Shown one piece after another: positions 8,649 through 17,042 of a DNA stretch of 19,717 nucleotides; positions within the stretch are counted from its first letter, which is position 1; each line of letters begins with the position of its first letter. The position numbers and the translations under genes are program-made. Origin of the DNA: Candidatus Hadarchaeales archaeon (GTDB taxonomy: Archaea; Hadarchaeota; Hadarchaeia; Hadarchaeales; WYZ-LMO6); NCBI GenBank assembly GCA_038851755.1, contig JAWCKR010000012.1:21544-41260 (forward strand). Reading direction: 5' to 3'. Under the pieces are notes generated by a model. It was not told the origin of the DNA and ran no database searches. It saw only the letters and a list, made by a program, of their open reading frames with translations.

Positions 8649-9222
8649 CTTCCCCCTGCTCCGCTGGAGGGGGGGACTTTTCTTCCCTCACTTCCTTCCC
8701 CAGGAGAAGGGTGAGGAGGGTCTGCTGGTCGATCTCCGCCCTGGTCCTCCACCCCACGTACAGAATCCCCTGTTCATCCTCCGAGAGGTAGCCCATCCTG
8801 ATGAACCTCTCAAGCGTGGGCTCCACCCTGAACTTGGGGAACTTCTCCTCCAGGATGCTCTCCACCTCCCTGAAGGGTGCCTTCCCTCCCTTGGCCAGCA
8901 GGTGGGCCAGGGTCACGGTGAGCATGGCCATGTCGTCTATCCTCCAGCCGAAGGTCCTGGCCTCCGTGAGGGTGGGATGGCCCTTCAGGGTGAGGAAGTA
9001 CCTGTCCCCCTCAGGCTCACCCCCCTCGCTCACCTTCTTGATGGTCAACCCCAGCTTCCCCACCTCCTCCTCCAGCACCTTCAGCACCTGCTCGTACTCC
9101 CTCCCCAGCGCCCTCTTCAGCTCCCAGCCCCTGGCCCCTGGCTGGGCGTGGTGCCTGAAAAAGAGGAGCTGGGCGGCCCTGGCCAGCTTCTCCCTCAGCT
9201 CAGCCTCTCCTCTCTCTTCCAC
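8602..9222 (-). CDS. Kite-like (ScpB/Nse1-Nse3 type, tandem winged-helix) SMC partner
   Basis: Third gene of the SMC operon; C-terminal LERFIRMGYL...LYVGWRTRAEI resembles the second winged helix of kite proteins. Confidence 0.55.
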   Translation of the reverse strand: MEERGEAELREKLARAAQLLFFRHHAQPGARGWELKRALGREYEQVLKVLEEEVGKLGLTIKKVSEGGEPEGDRYFLTLKGHPTLTEARTFGWRIDDMAMLTVTLAHLLAKGGKAPFREVESILEEKFPKFRVEPTLERFIRMGYLSEDEQGILYVGWRTRAEIDQQTLLTLLLGKEVREEKSPPPAEQGEATQSDETSQSSPPPS

Positions 9223-9991
9223 GTTTCTTCCTCCATTTCTCCCTCGAGATGGAAACGGGAACGGACATGCTCTCCTCCCTGCGCTGTGGGGAGGAATAGG
9301 CGAAGAGGATCATGTCGTCCTCCAGAGGCTTCAGCTCCATCCCCGCGTATCCGTAGCTCACCAGGAAGCTCACCAGCCAGGCCTTCCTCACCGTTTCCTC
9401 GAAGGTGGGTGCGGAGACGAACTTCCAGTACGAGACGCCCCCATCTTCAGACACCTTCTTCAGTTCCTCCCACAGTTCGGTGAGCAGCCTGTGGAACTCC
9501 TCCCTGCTCACGATACCCATTCTGGAGAGCTCCTCCAGCGGGAGTTCACCCCTGCCTTCCCCACCAACCTCCAGCTCCCTCCTCCTCTCCTCCAGGGGGG
9601 GAAGGTTGGTCCAGTACTCCTTCGCCTCCGAGAGGGCCGGAGGGGAGAGGGCCTCCAGCTCCACCAGCGGGTGCCAGGCCTTCGCCAGCACCTCCGCCAG
9701 GTCCCTCGGGGACATCACCTGTACCTTCAGGGAGATCAGGAGGGGATCCAGGTACAGGAGGGAGGAACGGTGCTTGATCCACTCCCCCTGCTGGAGGACC
9801 ACGTCGGCTAGGCCCACCAGCGCCTGCAGGTCCAGGTAGAGGTCCTGGAGGTCCCTGAGCCTGGGGAGCAGTTCCCTCAGCCTCCTCAGGAACTCACCCA
9901 CCTGCACCTCGAAGGGGTCAAGCTCGTGCTTCCTCACGCTCTCGCAGAGGTCTATCACCCTCAGCAGGAGCTCCTTCCTCTCCTTACGCAC
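9200..9991 (-). CDS. ScpA-like kleisin
   Basis: Overlaps the SMC stop; N-terminal ELDPFEVQV..FL..L and C-terminal FEETVRKAWLVSFLVSYG...L.P kleisin-like segments. Confidence 0.6.
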   Translation of the reverse strand: MRKERKELLLRVIDLCESVRKHELDPFEVQVGEFLRRLRELLPRLRDLQDLYLDLQALVGLADVVLQQGEWIKHRSSLLYLDPLLISLKVQVMSPRDLAEVLAKAWHPLVELEALSPPALSEAKEYWTNLPPLEERRRELEVGGEGRGELPLEELSRMGIVSREEFHRLLTELWEELKKVSEDGGVSYWKFVSAPTFEETVRKAWLVSFLVSYGYAGMELKPLEDDMILFAYSSPQRREESMSVPVSISREKWRKKRGRERRG

Positions 9992-11849
9992 TCGTCACCA
10001 CCCTCACCTGGGAGGTTCCCCCCACGTTCTGGACCATCACGATGTTGGGCACCTCCTCCACCCCCAGCAGGTACCCTGGCGTGATCACCAGGTACTGGAC
10101 CCTCTCACCTTTCGTGGCCTCTATGATGGAACGGAAGATGGCCTCCCGGTTGCGGGGATCCAGGTGGGTCTCGAACTCGTCTATGGCCCTGAGGGGTGAT
10201 TTGATCTGCTTCTGGAGGGCGAGCAGGAAGAACATGATGGCCGTGGTCCTCTCGCCCCCGCTCTGGGTGTAGGCGTCGAGCAGCTGTGGGGAAGTACCCC
10301 TGAAGCCCACGTAAAGCTCCAGCCCGGCCCCCTCTATGTCCTCGGGGTTCACCAGCTTCAGATCCCCTCTGGCGTTCACCCTCTCCAGGAGCTTCACGTA
10401 TTCTTCCCTCACCTGGCCCAGGAGCTTCTCCACCTCCCTCCTCCAGCGCCTCTTCCTCTCCTCCACCTCCTCCAGAGCCTTCTTCCTGTTTTCCTCGGCC
10501 ACCCTCGCCCTCTCCCTGAGTTCCTCCATGGTGGCCCGGTAGTTCAGGTACATCTGCTCCACCTCCGGCGAGACCTCCCCCAGCGTGCTCAGGTGAGCCC
10601 CCACCACCTTCAGCTCCTCCAGCACCTCCTGGGGCTTCCTCTTCGTCTCCACCCTCTCTCCCGCACCTTCCGCTTCCTTCCTGAGAACCTCCAGCTCCCT
10701 CCTGGCCCTCCTGATCTCGCCCGAGAGGGAGTCCATCTCCCGGCGCAGGAGGTCCTGCCTCAACTCCAGCAGGGCTTCCCTCACCCTGGTTTCCACGTAT
10801 GCCTTCCTCTTTTCCGAGAGCTCCCCCTTGAGCCTGGCTATCCTTCCCCTCGTCTCCCCTATCTTGGCCTCCACCCTCTCCCGGTCGTAGCTCGGCAGGG
10901 AAAGGTCCCCGCCAAGGCCTGACAGCCTCCCCGCCAGGGAGAGGTACACCTCCCCCTCGGCTTTCAGCCTCTCCCCGGCGATCAGCTCCTCGTAGGAGGC
11001 CTCCAGCTCGAACTCCAGCCTGCCCACCTCTCCTTCAAGCTCCCCCCCTTTCCTCCTCTCCCTCTCCGCCTCCGTCCTCAGCTCCGTGAGCTGGTTCTGG
11101 AGCTCCTCCATTTCCGCCTCCAGCTCCCCAAGCTCCTCCTCCTTCCTGAGGTACCTGGACCAGCGGTACTCAGCCTCCAGCTCCACCTTCCTCCTCTCCA
11201 GCTCCCTTTTCCTCTTCAGCCTCTGGTACTCCCCCTCCCAGTACCTGAGGGTCTCCTCCGCCTTCTCCAGCAGCCTCTTCACGGCTTCCTCCTCGCTCAG
11301 GGTGTGGGAGAGCTTCTGCATGGCGCTCAGGATGTTCTCCCTGTACTCGTGCAAACCCACCGCTTCCTCCACCAGCTTGAGCCTCTCCCTCATGTCGATG
11401 GCCCCGAAGGTGTCCACCATGTTCTGGTGCATGATGATGAGCATGTTGTCTGGGTTCAGGGAAAGGTGCCTCAGGAACCTCAGCAACTCACCCTTGGTGG
11501 TGCCACGGGAGTTTATCTCGTGCCAGTAGGTCCCGTCCCTGCTGAGGTAGCGGGAGAGCACCACCGTGTCCGAGTTGAAGCCCGGAAGGGGTCTTTTCCC
11601 ATCCTGGGGGGAGTTGTCGAAGACCACGCTGACCCTGGCCAGGTCCTTCCCCCTCTGGATGAGGTCGCTGAGCCTCCTGGACCTTTCCGTGTAGGTCTGG
11701 CCCAGGGCCACGGAGAGCCCCAGCAGGATGGAGGACTTTCCTGCCCCGTTGGGACCGCACACCAGGTTCAGTCCCTGCTTGAGGGGGATTCGGCTGTAGG
11801 AGTGGCTCATGAAGTTCTCCAGGATGAGCTCCAGGATCGTACCCACCAC
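9984..11849 (-). CDS. Short SMC-family ATPase, Smc5/6-related (coalescin/ClsN-like size)
   Basis: LENFMSH, Walker A GPNGAGKS, Q-loop MHQN, coiled coils, signature QSGGER, Walker B PLRAIDEF, LDPRN, QYLVITP. Confidence 0.85.
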   Translation of the reverse strand: MVGTILELILENFMSHSYSRIPLKQGLNLVCGPNGAGKSSILLGLSVALGQTYTERSRRLSDLIQRGKDLARVSVVFDNSPQDGKRPLPGFNSDTVVLSRYLSRDGTYWHEINSRGTTKGELLRFLRHLSLNPDNMLIIMHQNMVDTFGAIDMRERLKLVEEAVGLHEYRENILSAMQKLSHTLSEEEAVKRLLEKAEETLRYWEGEYQRLKRKRELERRKVELEAEYRWSRYLRKEEELGELEAEMEELQNQLTELRTEAERERRKGGELEGEVGRLEFELEASYEELIAGERLKAEGEVYLSLAGRLSGLGGDLSLPSYDRERVEAKIGETRGRIARLKGELSEKRKAYVETRVREALLELRQDLLRREMDSLSGEIRRARRELEVLRKEAEGAGERVETKRKPQEVLEELKVVGAHLSTLGEVSPEVEQMYLNYRATMEELRERARVAEENRKKALEEVEERKRRWRREVEKLLGQVREEYVKLLERVNARGDLKLVNPEDIEGAGLELYVGFRGTSPQLLDAYTQSGGERTTAIMFFLLALQKQIKSPLRAIDEFETHLDPRNREAIFRSIIEATKGERVQYLVITPGYLLGVEEVPNIVMVQNVGGTSQVRVVTSA

Positions 11850-11941
11850 CTCCAGCAGTATGCTCCTCCCCCTTTCTTAAAAGGTGGGTAGGGTCCCCGT
11901 GGGAGATTAAAGCCCTGGGGAGGAATATCTCGGGTATCGGT

Positions 11942-12646
11942 ATGGTCCTGGCGGTGAAGGTCTTCGAGGTGAAGGAGAGAATGGAGCTTCCGCTCATGGC
12001 CCGCAAGCTCAGGGACTTCAAGGAGGAGGAGCCGCGCGAGAGCGGGGGTAAGAAAGTGAGCCTCAGGACCGAGATCCTGGATTTGAAGATGGAGGGTGGC
12101 GGGCTCACGGGAATCTTCAGCAAGGACTTCATCCTCAGCAGGTACTACCGCCGGGGGCTGGTGGAGGTGCCCGTCACCGAGGAGGTGCCTTTCTGGATAA
12201 GGTCCCTCAAGGGCAGGACCTTCCTCACGGTGCTGGCCCCCTCGAAGGCCAGGGGTGTGAGGAAGCTCCTGACCAACTACGTGGCAAACAAGCTGAGCGA
12301 GATCCTTTTCCTCAAAACGGGGGCCATCGTGGAAGGCAGAATCACGCACGAGACCCTGAGGGACCTCCACGAGTCCAACCCCCAGGCCACCAAGCTCATC
12401 TGGTTCGACGACATCGACATCCCCAATGTGGGCAAGGTGGCCCTGGCGGGATCGGCCCTCGCGGACAGCAGGCTTTACCGTGAATACCTGGAGCACGGGA
12501 AGATCTGGTACGCGGTGTTCGAGTTCCGCAAGTACAACATGGTGGTGGGCATCACCAGGAACTGCGTGGTGACCACCTTCAGCAGGGTGGAGCTCAAGGA
12601 CTTCTTAGATTGCGTGTTCGGGGAGGTCCTACCCCTTATCTCTTGA
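11942..12646 (+). CDS. Hypothetical protein divergent from the SMC operon
   Basis: 234-aa ORF with host-like codon usage and globular alpha/beta composition; family not recognised. Confidence 0.75.
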   Translation: MVLAVKVFEVKERMELPLMARKLRDFKEEEPRESGGKKVSLRTEILDLKMEGGGLTGIFSKDFILSRYYRRGLVEVPVTEEVPFWIRSLKGRTFLTVLAPSKARGVRKLLTNYVANKLSEILFLKTGAIVEGRITHETLRDLHESNPQATKLIWFDDIDIPNVGKVALAGSALADSRLYREYLEHGKIWYAVFEFRKYNMVVGITRNCVVTTFSRVELKDFLDCVFGEVLPLIS

Positions 12647-12836
12647 GCCCTTCTTTTTCTTGCCCAGCTCCCTGCCCAGCTCCTTGCCGGAGGCCATGAC
12701 CTCCGACTCCAGGAGGAGATCCACCATCTTTTTCTGTTTCTTCGGTATGCTCTCCCAAAGTGGTGTGGGGGGAGAGGACTTTTTTGGTTTTCGGGGAGGA
12801 AAGAAGAGAAAAGGGGAGAGGGGGTAGAATTAAGGG

Positions 12837-12909
12837 GCCCCGGTAGCTCAGCTGGTAGAGCAATCGCCTTGTAAGCGATGGGTCGTGGGTTCAAATCCCA
12901 CCCGGGGCT
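12837..12909 (+). tRNA. tRNA-Thr(TGT), no intron, CCA not encoded
   Basis: Acceptor stem GCCCCGG/CCGGGGC, D-arm GCTC..GAGC, anticodon arm ATCGC-CTTGTAA-GCGAT, T-arm GTGGG-TTCAAAT-CCCAC. Confidence 0.96.
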
Positions 12910-13174
12910 CTTAAAGGTGGTCTTCTTATTTTCGCTGAGTCAGATAGCGGTAGGAATTTTGAGGAAAATCGGGAAAGAAGGAGTCAAGAGAGTACGGAGG
13001 CTCCCTTGGAGTATGTATATAGAGGCAGGTGTTTTCCGGCCTATTAAGTTTCCAGCCAAGGCAGTATAAGCTGGCAGACCGAAATTTAGTGTCTAAGTGA
13101 TAGCACATTTGTGCAAGGTTGAGATAGGAAAACTTCCTTTTTAGGCACGGGACTCAACCGATTTTTCTGGAGGG

Positions 13175-13186
13175 GAAAGTTTTTAT
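13175..13186 (+). promoter_or_regulatory. BRE/TATA promoter of the acr operon
   Basis: GAAAG-TTTTTAT about 23 nt upstream of ATG 13209; this favours 13209 over 13185 as the start codon. Confidence 0.5.
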
Positions 13187-13208
13187 GGGAAGAGGAAAAG
13201 ACTTCCTA

Positions 13209-15035
13209 ATGTCTTCCTCGGAGAGGAAGGGGGAAAAGGCCTTCCAGGAAAGAGGACAGATAGAGGCCAGAGAGAGGGAATATGTAAGGGAACTTTACGC
13301 GGTTTCCGCGAGGTTCCTCCCGCTTGAGAAGGAAAGGGTGCTCTACGCCAGCCTTAAGGAAACCTTCGGCTCCGACCCCTTCGCCCTCCAGGACTCCCAG
13401 ATGTACAAGAGGGGGGGCTACAGGCAGTCCAGGCGCAAGCAGGAGTTCGCCAAGCTGGGGAGGCAGGTGGCCGTGGAGAGGGGTCTCCCCGCCTACAACA
13501 GGGCGGTGGGCCTGCCCATAGGCCAGAGGCAGCTGGAGCCCATCCTGATAGCCGGAACGAACATCATGGTGGAGCAGGACGACACCCACCACCTGAACAA
13601 CGTGGCCATCCAGCAGATGCTGGACGACATAAAGCGCACCGTCATCGTGAACCTGGACATCGCCCACCGCATGCTCACCGTGAGGGCGGGCAAGGAGGTC
13701 ACCCCCGAGACCATCAACCTCTACCTGGAGACCCTCCAGCACACCATGTGCGGTGGGGCCGTGGCCCAGGAGCACATGTCCGAGATCAACCCCCTCCTGG
13801 TCAAGGACGCCTACGCCAAGGTCATCACGGGCTCCGACGAGGTGAAGGACGCCCTGGACAGGCGCTTCCTCATAGACATAGACCAGCTCTTCCACCCCAC
13901 CAGGGCCGAGAAGCTCAAGGCGGCCATAGGGGAGGCCATCTGGATCGTCCTCCGCATCCCCACCCTGGCCGTCCGCATGGCGGACGGGGACGAGGCCGCC
14001 AGGTGGGCGGCTATGCAGAACACCATGGCCTTCATCGCCTCCTACGGTCTCTCGGGAGAGCACATCATCTCCGACCTGGCCTACTCCTTCAAGCACGCCA
14101 GGGTGGTCAGGATGGGCGGCAAGATGTGGTACCAGAGGATGAGGGGGACGAACGAGCCGGGGGGCTTCCCCGACGGCTACATCTGCGACTTCATGCAGGC
14201 GGAGAGGGACCTCCCCGCCCGCAGGTTCCTGGAGGTGGCCCAGGAGGACGAGGAGGAGGCCAAGAGGTACCTGAGGGTTCTGAACGAGGGAACGGGGGGA
14301 ATAGCGGCCGTGATAGACAACTCCCTCTGGCTGGGCTTCTACATGAGCGGGGGAATAGGCTTCTCCAACACCGTGGCCTCGGCCGCCTTGGCAGGCAACG
14401 TGATAGAATCCTTCTCGGATGAGCTGGTGGAGCTCATTCACAGGTACACGATGGGTGTGAGGAAGTCTCCACCCAAGTGGGATACGGTGAAGTTCATGGT
14501 GAACACCATCATCCAGTACACCATGGAGAGCTACGAGAAGTTCCCCACCCTGGCCGAGTTCCACTGGGGAGGGGCCCACAGGGTCTCCGTGATAGGCTCC
14601 ATAGCTGCCTCCACGGCTGGTATTCTCACCGGGAGCTCCACCATGGGGCTCATGGCGGCCCACTACTCTATAGCCCACGTGATGAGGGAGGGCTGGCTCA
14701 GGACGGGGTGGGCGGGACAGGAGATTCAGGACCACATAGGCCTTCCCTACCTGTGCAGCTTCAGACCTGAGGAGGGAAACCTGACGGAGCTGCGGGGGCT
14801 GAACTACCCCATGCAGTCCTACAGCGCCGCCCACGGGGCCATCAGGGCGGCGGCCGTCTACTCGGCCATGCTGGGGAGGGGAAGTGCCTGGTGTCTCAGC
14901 CCCATCGTGAAGGTGGCCTTCGCCGATCCCCACCTGGTGTTCGACTTCAAGAATCCCAGGATGTGCATCGCCAAGGCGGGGATAAGGCAGTTCATGCCGG
15001 CCGGGGAGAGGGACCCGGTGCTTCCGCCCCACTGA
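13209..15035 (+). CDS. acrA: Alkyl-coenzyme M reductase alpha subunit (divergent McrA), copy 1
   Basis: McrA motifs RGLPAYN, GQRQL, KEVTPETINLYLE, GGAVAQEHM, RWAAMQ, KHA, NEPGG, WLGFYMSGGIGF, ELRGLNYP, VAFADP, FMPAGER, with non-canonical active-site residues. Confidence 0.93.
   Translation: MSSSERKGEKAFQERGQIEAREREYVRELYAVSARFLPLEKERVLYASLKETFGSDPFALQDSQMYKRGGYRQSRRKQEFAKLGRQVAVERGLPAYNRAVGLPIGQRQLEPILIAGTNIMVEQDDTHHLNNVAIQQMLDDIKRTVIVNLDIAHRMLTVRAGKEVTPETINLYLETLQHTMCGGAVAQEHMSEINPLLVKDAYAKVITGSDEVKDALDRRFLIDIDQLFHPTRAEKLKAAIGEAIWIVLRIPTLAVRMADGDEAARWAAMQNTMAFIASYGLSGEHIISDLAYSFKHARVVRMGGKMWYQRMRGTNEPGGFPDGYICDFMQAERDLPARRFLEVAQEDEEEAKRYLRVLNEGTGGIAAVIDNSLWLGFYMSGGIGFSNTVASAALAGNVIESFSDELVELIHRYTMGVRKSPPKWDTVKFMVNTIIQYTMESYEKFPTLAEFHWGGAHRVSVIGSIAASTAGILTGSSTMGLMAAHYSIAHVMREGWLRTGWAGQEIQDHIGLPYLCSFRPEEGNLTELRGLNYPMQSYSAAHGAIRAAAVYSAMLGRGSAWCLSPIVKVAFADPHLVFDFKNPRMCIAKAGIRQFMPAGERDPVLPPH
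13362..13488 (+). repeat. 127-nt exact direct repeat, copy 1 (inside acrA1)
   Basis: Identical base for base to 19591-19717; the preceding base differs (a versus c). Confidence 0.95.
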
Positions 15036-15044
15036 GGTGAAGGC

Positions 15045-15656
15045 ATGAGGAAGATTCCGAAGTTGGAGGAGTGGTATCCTGCCTTCGCAGAGGAGTTCGA
15101 AAAGACCAAGCTTTCCACGGTGATGGAGAGGGTGACCACGGAGGAACCTCCCCTCCCCAAGGCTTCCCAGCCCCGCCCGGATGGCTGGTGGAGGGAGTAT
15201 CCGCACTCCCTCTGGATAGTGGACAGGGGAAAGGAGCCTACTGCTTACGAGCTTCTTCACGACTTCATCATAGGGAAGGCCATGACCAGCCCCCTCGCCA
15301 TTTCGATAGGGAGCACCCCGCCTTCTAGGCTCATCCTCTTCGAGGTGAAGCACCCCACCAGGGGGGTGGAGTATGCGAGGATTTTCCTGAACCCCACGGA
15401 TGTGATGGAGGGCTACGCGGAGGAGGAGCCCGATGTGGTGGTGAGGATAGGGTACTACGATTTGGTGGCCGTGCTATGCGGTGAGCTCCCTCCCTTCAAC
15501 CCACTCTACGAAGGAAGGGTGGAGATAATAGGGAATACGGTGGCAGCCATAGACCTTTTATGCGATGTGCTGGAAGCTACTAATGGCAGAGAGGCCCCCG
15601 CTGGGAGCCCGACTCCCATTCCGCGGCCGGTGATGTGGCCTCTCGGACACCCGTAG
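15045..15656 (+). CDS. Protein with a C-terminal SCP2-like lipid-binding domain
   Basis: EEPDVVVRIGYYDLVAVLCGELPPFNPLYEGRVEIIGN fits the SCP2 pattern (PDvti..s..df..l..G.l.p..a...G.l.i.G); GAGGTG RBS; sits between acrA and acrB. Confidence 0.65.
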   Translation: MRKIPKLEEWYPAFAEEFEKTKLSTVMERVTTEEPPLPKASQPRPDGWWREYPHSLWIVDRGKEPTAYELLHDFIIGKAMTSPLAISIGSTPPSRLILFEVKHPTRGVEYARIFLNPTDVMEGYAEEEPDVVVRIGYYDLVAVLCGELPPFNPLYEGRVEIIGNTVAAIDLLCDVLEATNGREAPAGSPTPIPRPVMWPLGHP

Positions 15657-15664
15657 GTGGAAGG

Positions 15665-17041
15665 ATGAAGGTCGAGACGAGGAAGGGAACGGTGGACCTG
15701 TACGACGACCTGGGCAACTGTGTGGGCAGTGAAATCCCCCTGAAGGCGCTCTCTCCCCTCTACAATCCATACATGCGGGAAGTCCTGGACCTCTTCAAGA
15801 GGCTCGCCGTCATAGACCTGGGCAAGCTGGAGAACCTGATGAAGAAGGGAATGGCGGGCTGGGAGACGGCGGTGGGACAGGACGAGAACAAGATGCCCTG
15901 GTACGGCAGGGATCTCCCCTTGGTGGATAAGGCCAAGGAGATCACGGAGAGGATAAGGGAGAAGGTGGAAAAGCACGGGGATGGAGAGCAGCTGGTGGAG
16001 GGGGCAGGAAGGTACATCATAGTGAAGGTTCCGCGCCGGATGATGGAAATCTCGGCTAGCAGGGACCCGGCCATAACCTGGACGGCGGTCGCCCTGTGTC
16101 AGGCCGTGGCTGAGACCTTCAACATGACTCCCGAGACGGACCCGGACGGGTGCAACATGCTCAAGGGGGCGGTCTTCGGAAGATACCCGCAGTCCCCCGA
16201 GTTTTCTCCTGGTGGTCCTGTATCCACCTTCCTGAAGCAGAGCAACACCGTCGATGGGCTGGGCTCAGGCTTCAAGGCCATCATGGTCAATCATCTGGTG
16301 GCTCTCTGTAACAAGAGGACCATGGACGGGGTGGCTCTGGCCACCATCTTGGAGCAGGCGGCCCAGTGGGAGATGGGGAACGCCCTGGGATGGTTTGAGA
16401 GGTACCAGCTCCTCGGTTCGGCCTACCAGGGGTTCAACGCCCACAACCTGGTGCTCGATTTGGTGAAGGAGAATAGGGAGGGGACGATAGGGGATGTGGC
16501 ATACAGCGTGGTGCGCAGGGCGCTGGAGGATGGTGTGATCAAGGTGAAGAGAACCCTCCCCTCCGGCTACAAAGTCTACTCCACGAGTGACTACTCCCTA
16601 TGGAACGCTTACACCTGTGCGGCCGTGCTCGCCGCCGTCATCGTGAACGTGGGGGCCAGCAGGGCGGCCCAGAGCGTTTCCACCGTGGTGGGGTATTTCG
16701 GTGACCTCCTCCTGATGGAGACAGGGGGCCTCCCCGATCCCGACGCGGGGAGGGTGGAGGGGACGGGACAGGGCTTTGCCTTCTACACCCACTCCATCTA
16801 TGGAGGTGCGGGTCCGGGGGCCTACACCCTCGATCACGTGATCCCAAGGCACGGTTCGGGTTTCGTGGGTCCGTGCATCGTGGCCGGCATGTGTTTGGAC
16901 TCTGGCACCCAGCTCTTCTCCCCCGAGATGACCTCGGCCAGCTACTTCAAGATAAGGGAGAAGCTGCCCCTCCTCCATGACCCCCTCAGGAAGGTGGCGG
17001 AGGCGGCGGAGAGGATAAAGCCGGAGGTGGGGAGGGAGTAA
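15665..17041 (+). CDS. acrB: Alkyl-coenzyme M reductase beta subunit
   Basis: VDLYDD.G, LSPLYNP, GAVFGRYPQ, GLGSGFKAIMVNH, EQAAQWEMGNA.G.FER..LLG.AYQG.NA, FYTHSIYGGAGPG; GGTGGA RBS before ATG 15665. Confidence 0.95.
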   Translation: MKVETRKGTVDLYDDLGNCVGSEIPLKALSPLYNPYMREVLDLFKRLAVIDLGKLENLMKKGMAGWETAVGQDENKMPWYGRDLPLVDKAKEITERIREKVEKHGDGEQLVEGAGRYIIVKVPRRMMEISASRDPAITWTAVALCQAVAETFNMTPETDPDGCNMLKGAVFGRYPQSPEFSPGGPVSTFLKQSNTVDGLGSGFKAIMVNHLVALCNKRTMDGVALATILEQAAQWEMGNALGWFERYQLLGSAYQGFNAHNLVLDLVKENREGTIGDVAYSVVRRALEDGVIKVKRTLPSGYKVYSTSDYSLWNAYTCAAVLAAVIVNVGASRAAQSVSTVVGYFGDLLLMETGGLPDPDAGRVEGTGQGFAFYTHSIYGGAGPGAYTLDHVIPRHGSGFVGPCIVAGMCLDSGTQLFSPEMTSASYFKIREKLPLLHDPLRKVAEAAERIKPEVGRE

Positions 17042-17042
17042 G

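Noticed and set aside
8602-11849. Wadjet/MksBEF or Rad50-Mre11 system
   Set aside because: No JetD/Toprim nuclease or Mre11 gene is adjacent, there is no zinc hook, and the head motifs fit Smc5/6-like proteins better.
12629-12727. 32-codon minus-strand ORF MVDLLLESEVMASGKELGRELGKKKKGSRDKG
   Set aside because: It looks coding-like and may be a gene remnant, but it is too short and lacks a clear RBS or homology.
12475-13108. Short ORFs overlapping the tRNA and spacer
   Set aside because: They are translations of the tRNA and low-complexity intergenic DNA with no coding signature.
13206-15353. 715-aa minus-strand ORF
   Set aside because: Antisense shadow of acrA caused by strong G/C third-position bias; no recognisable motifs.
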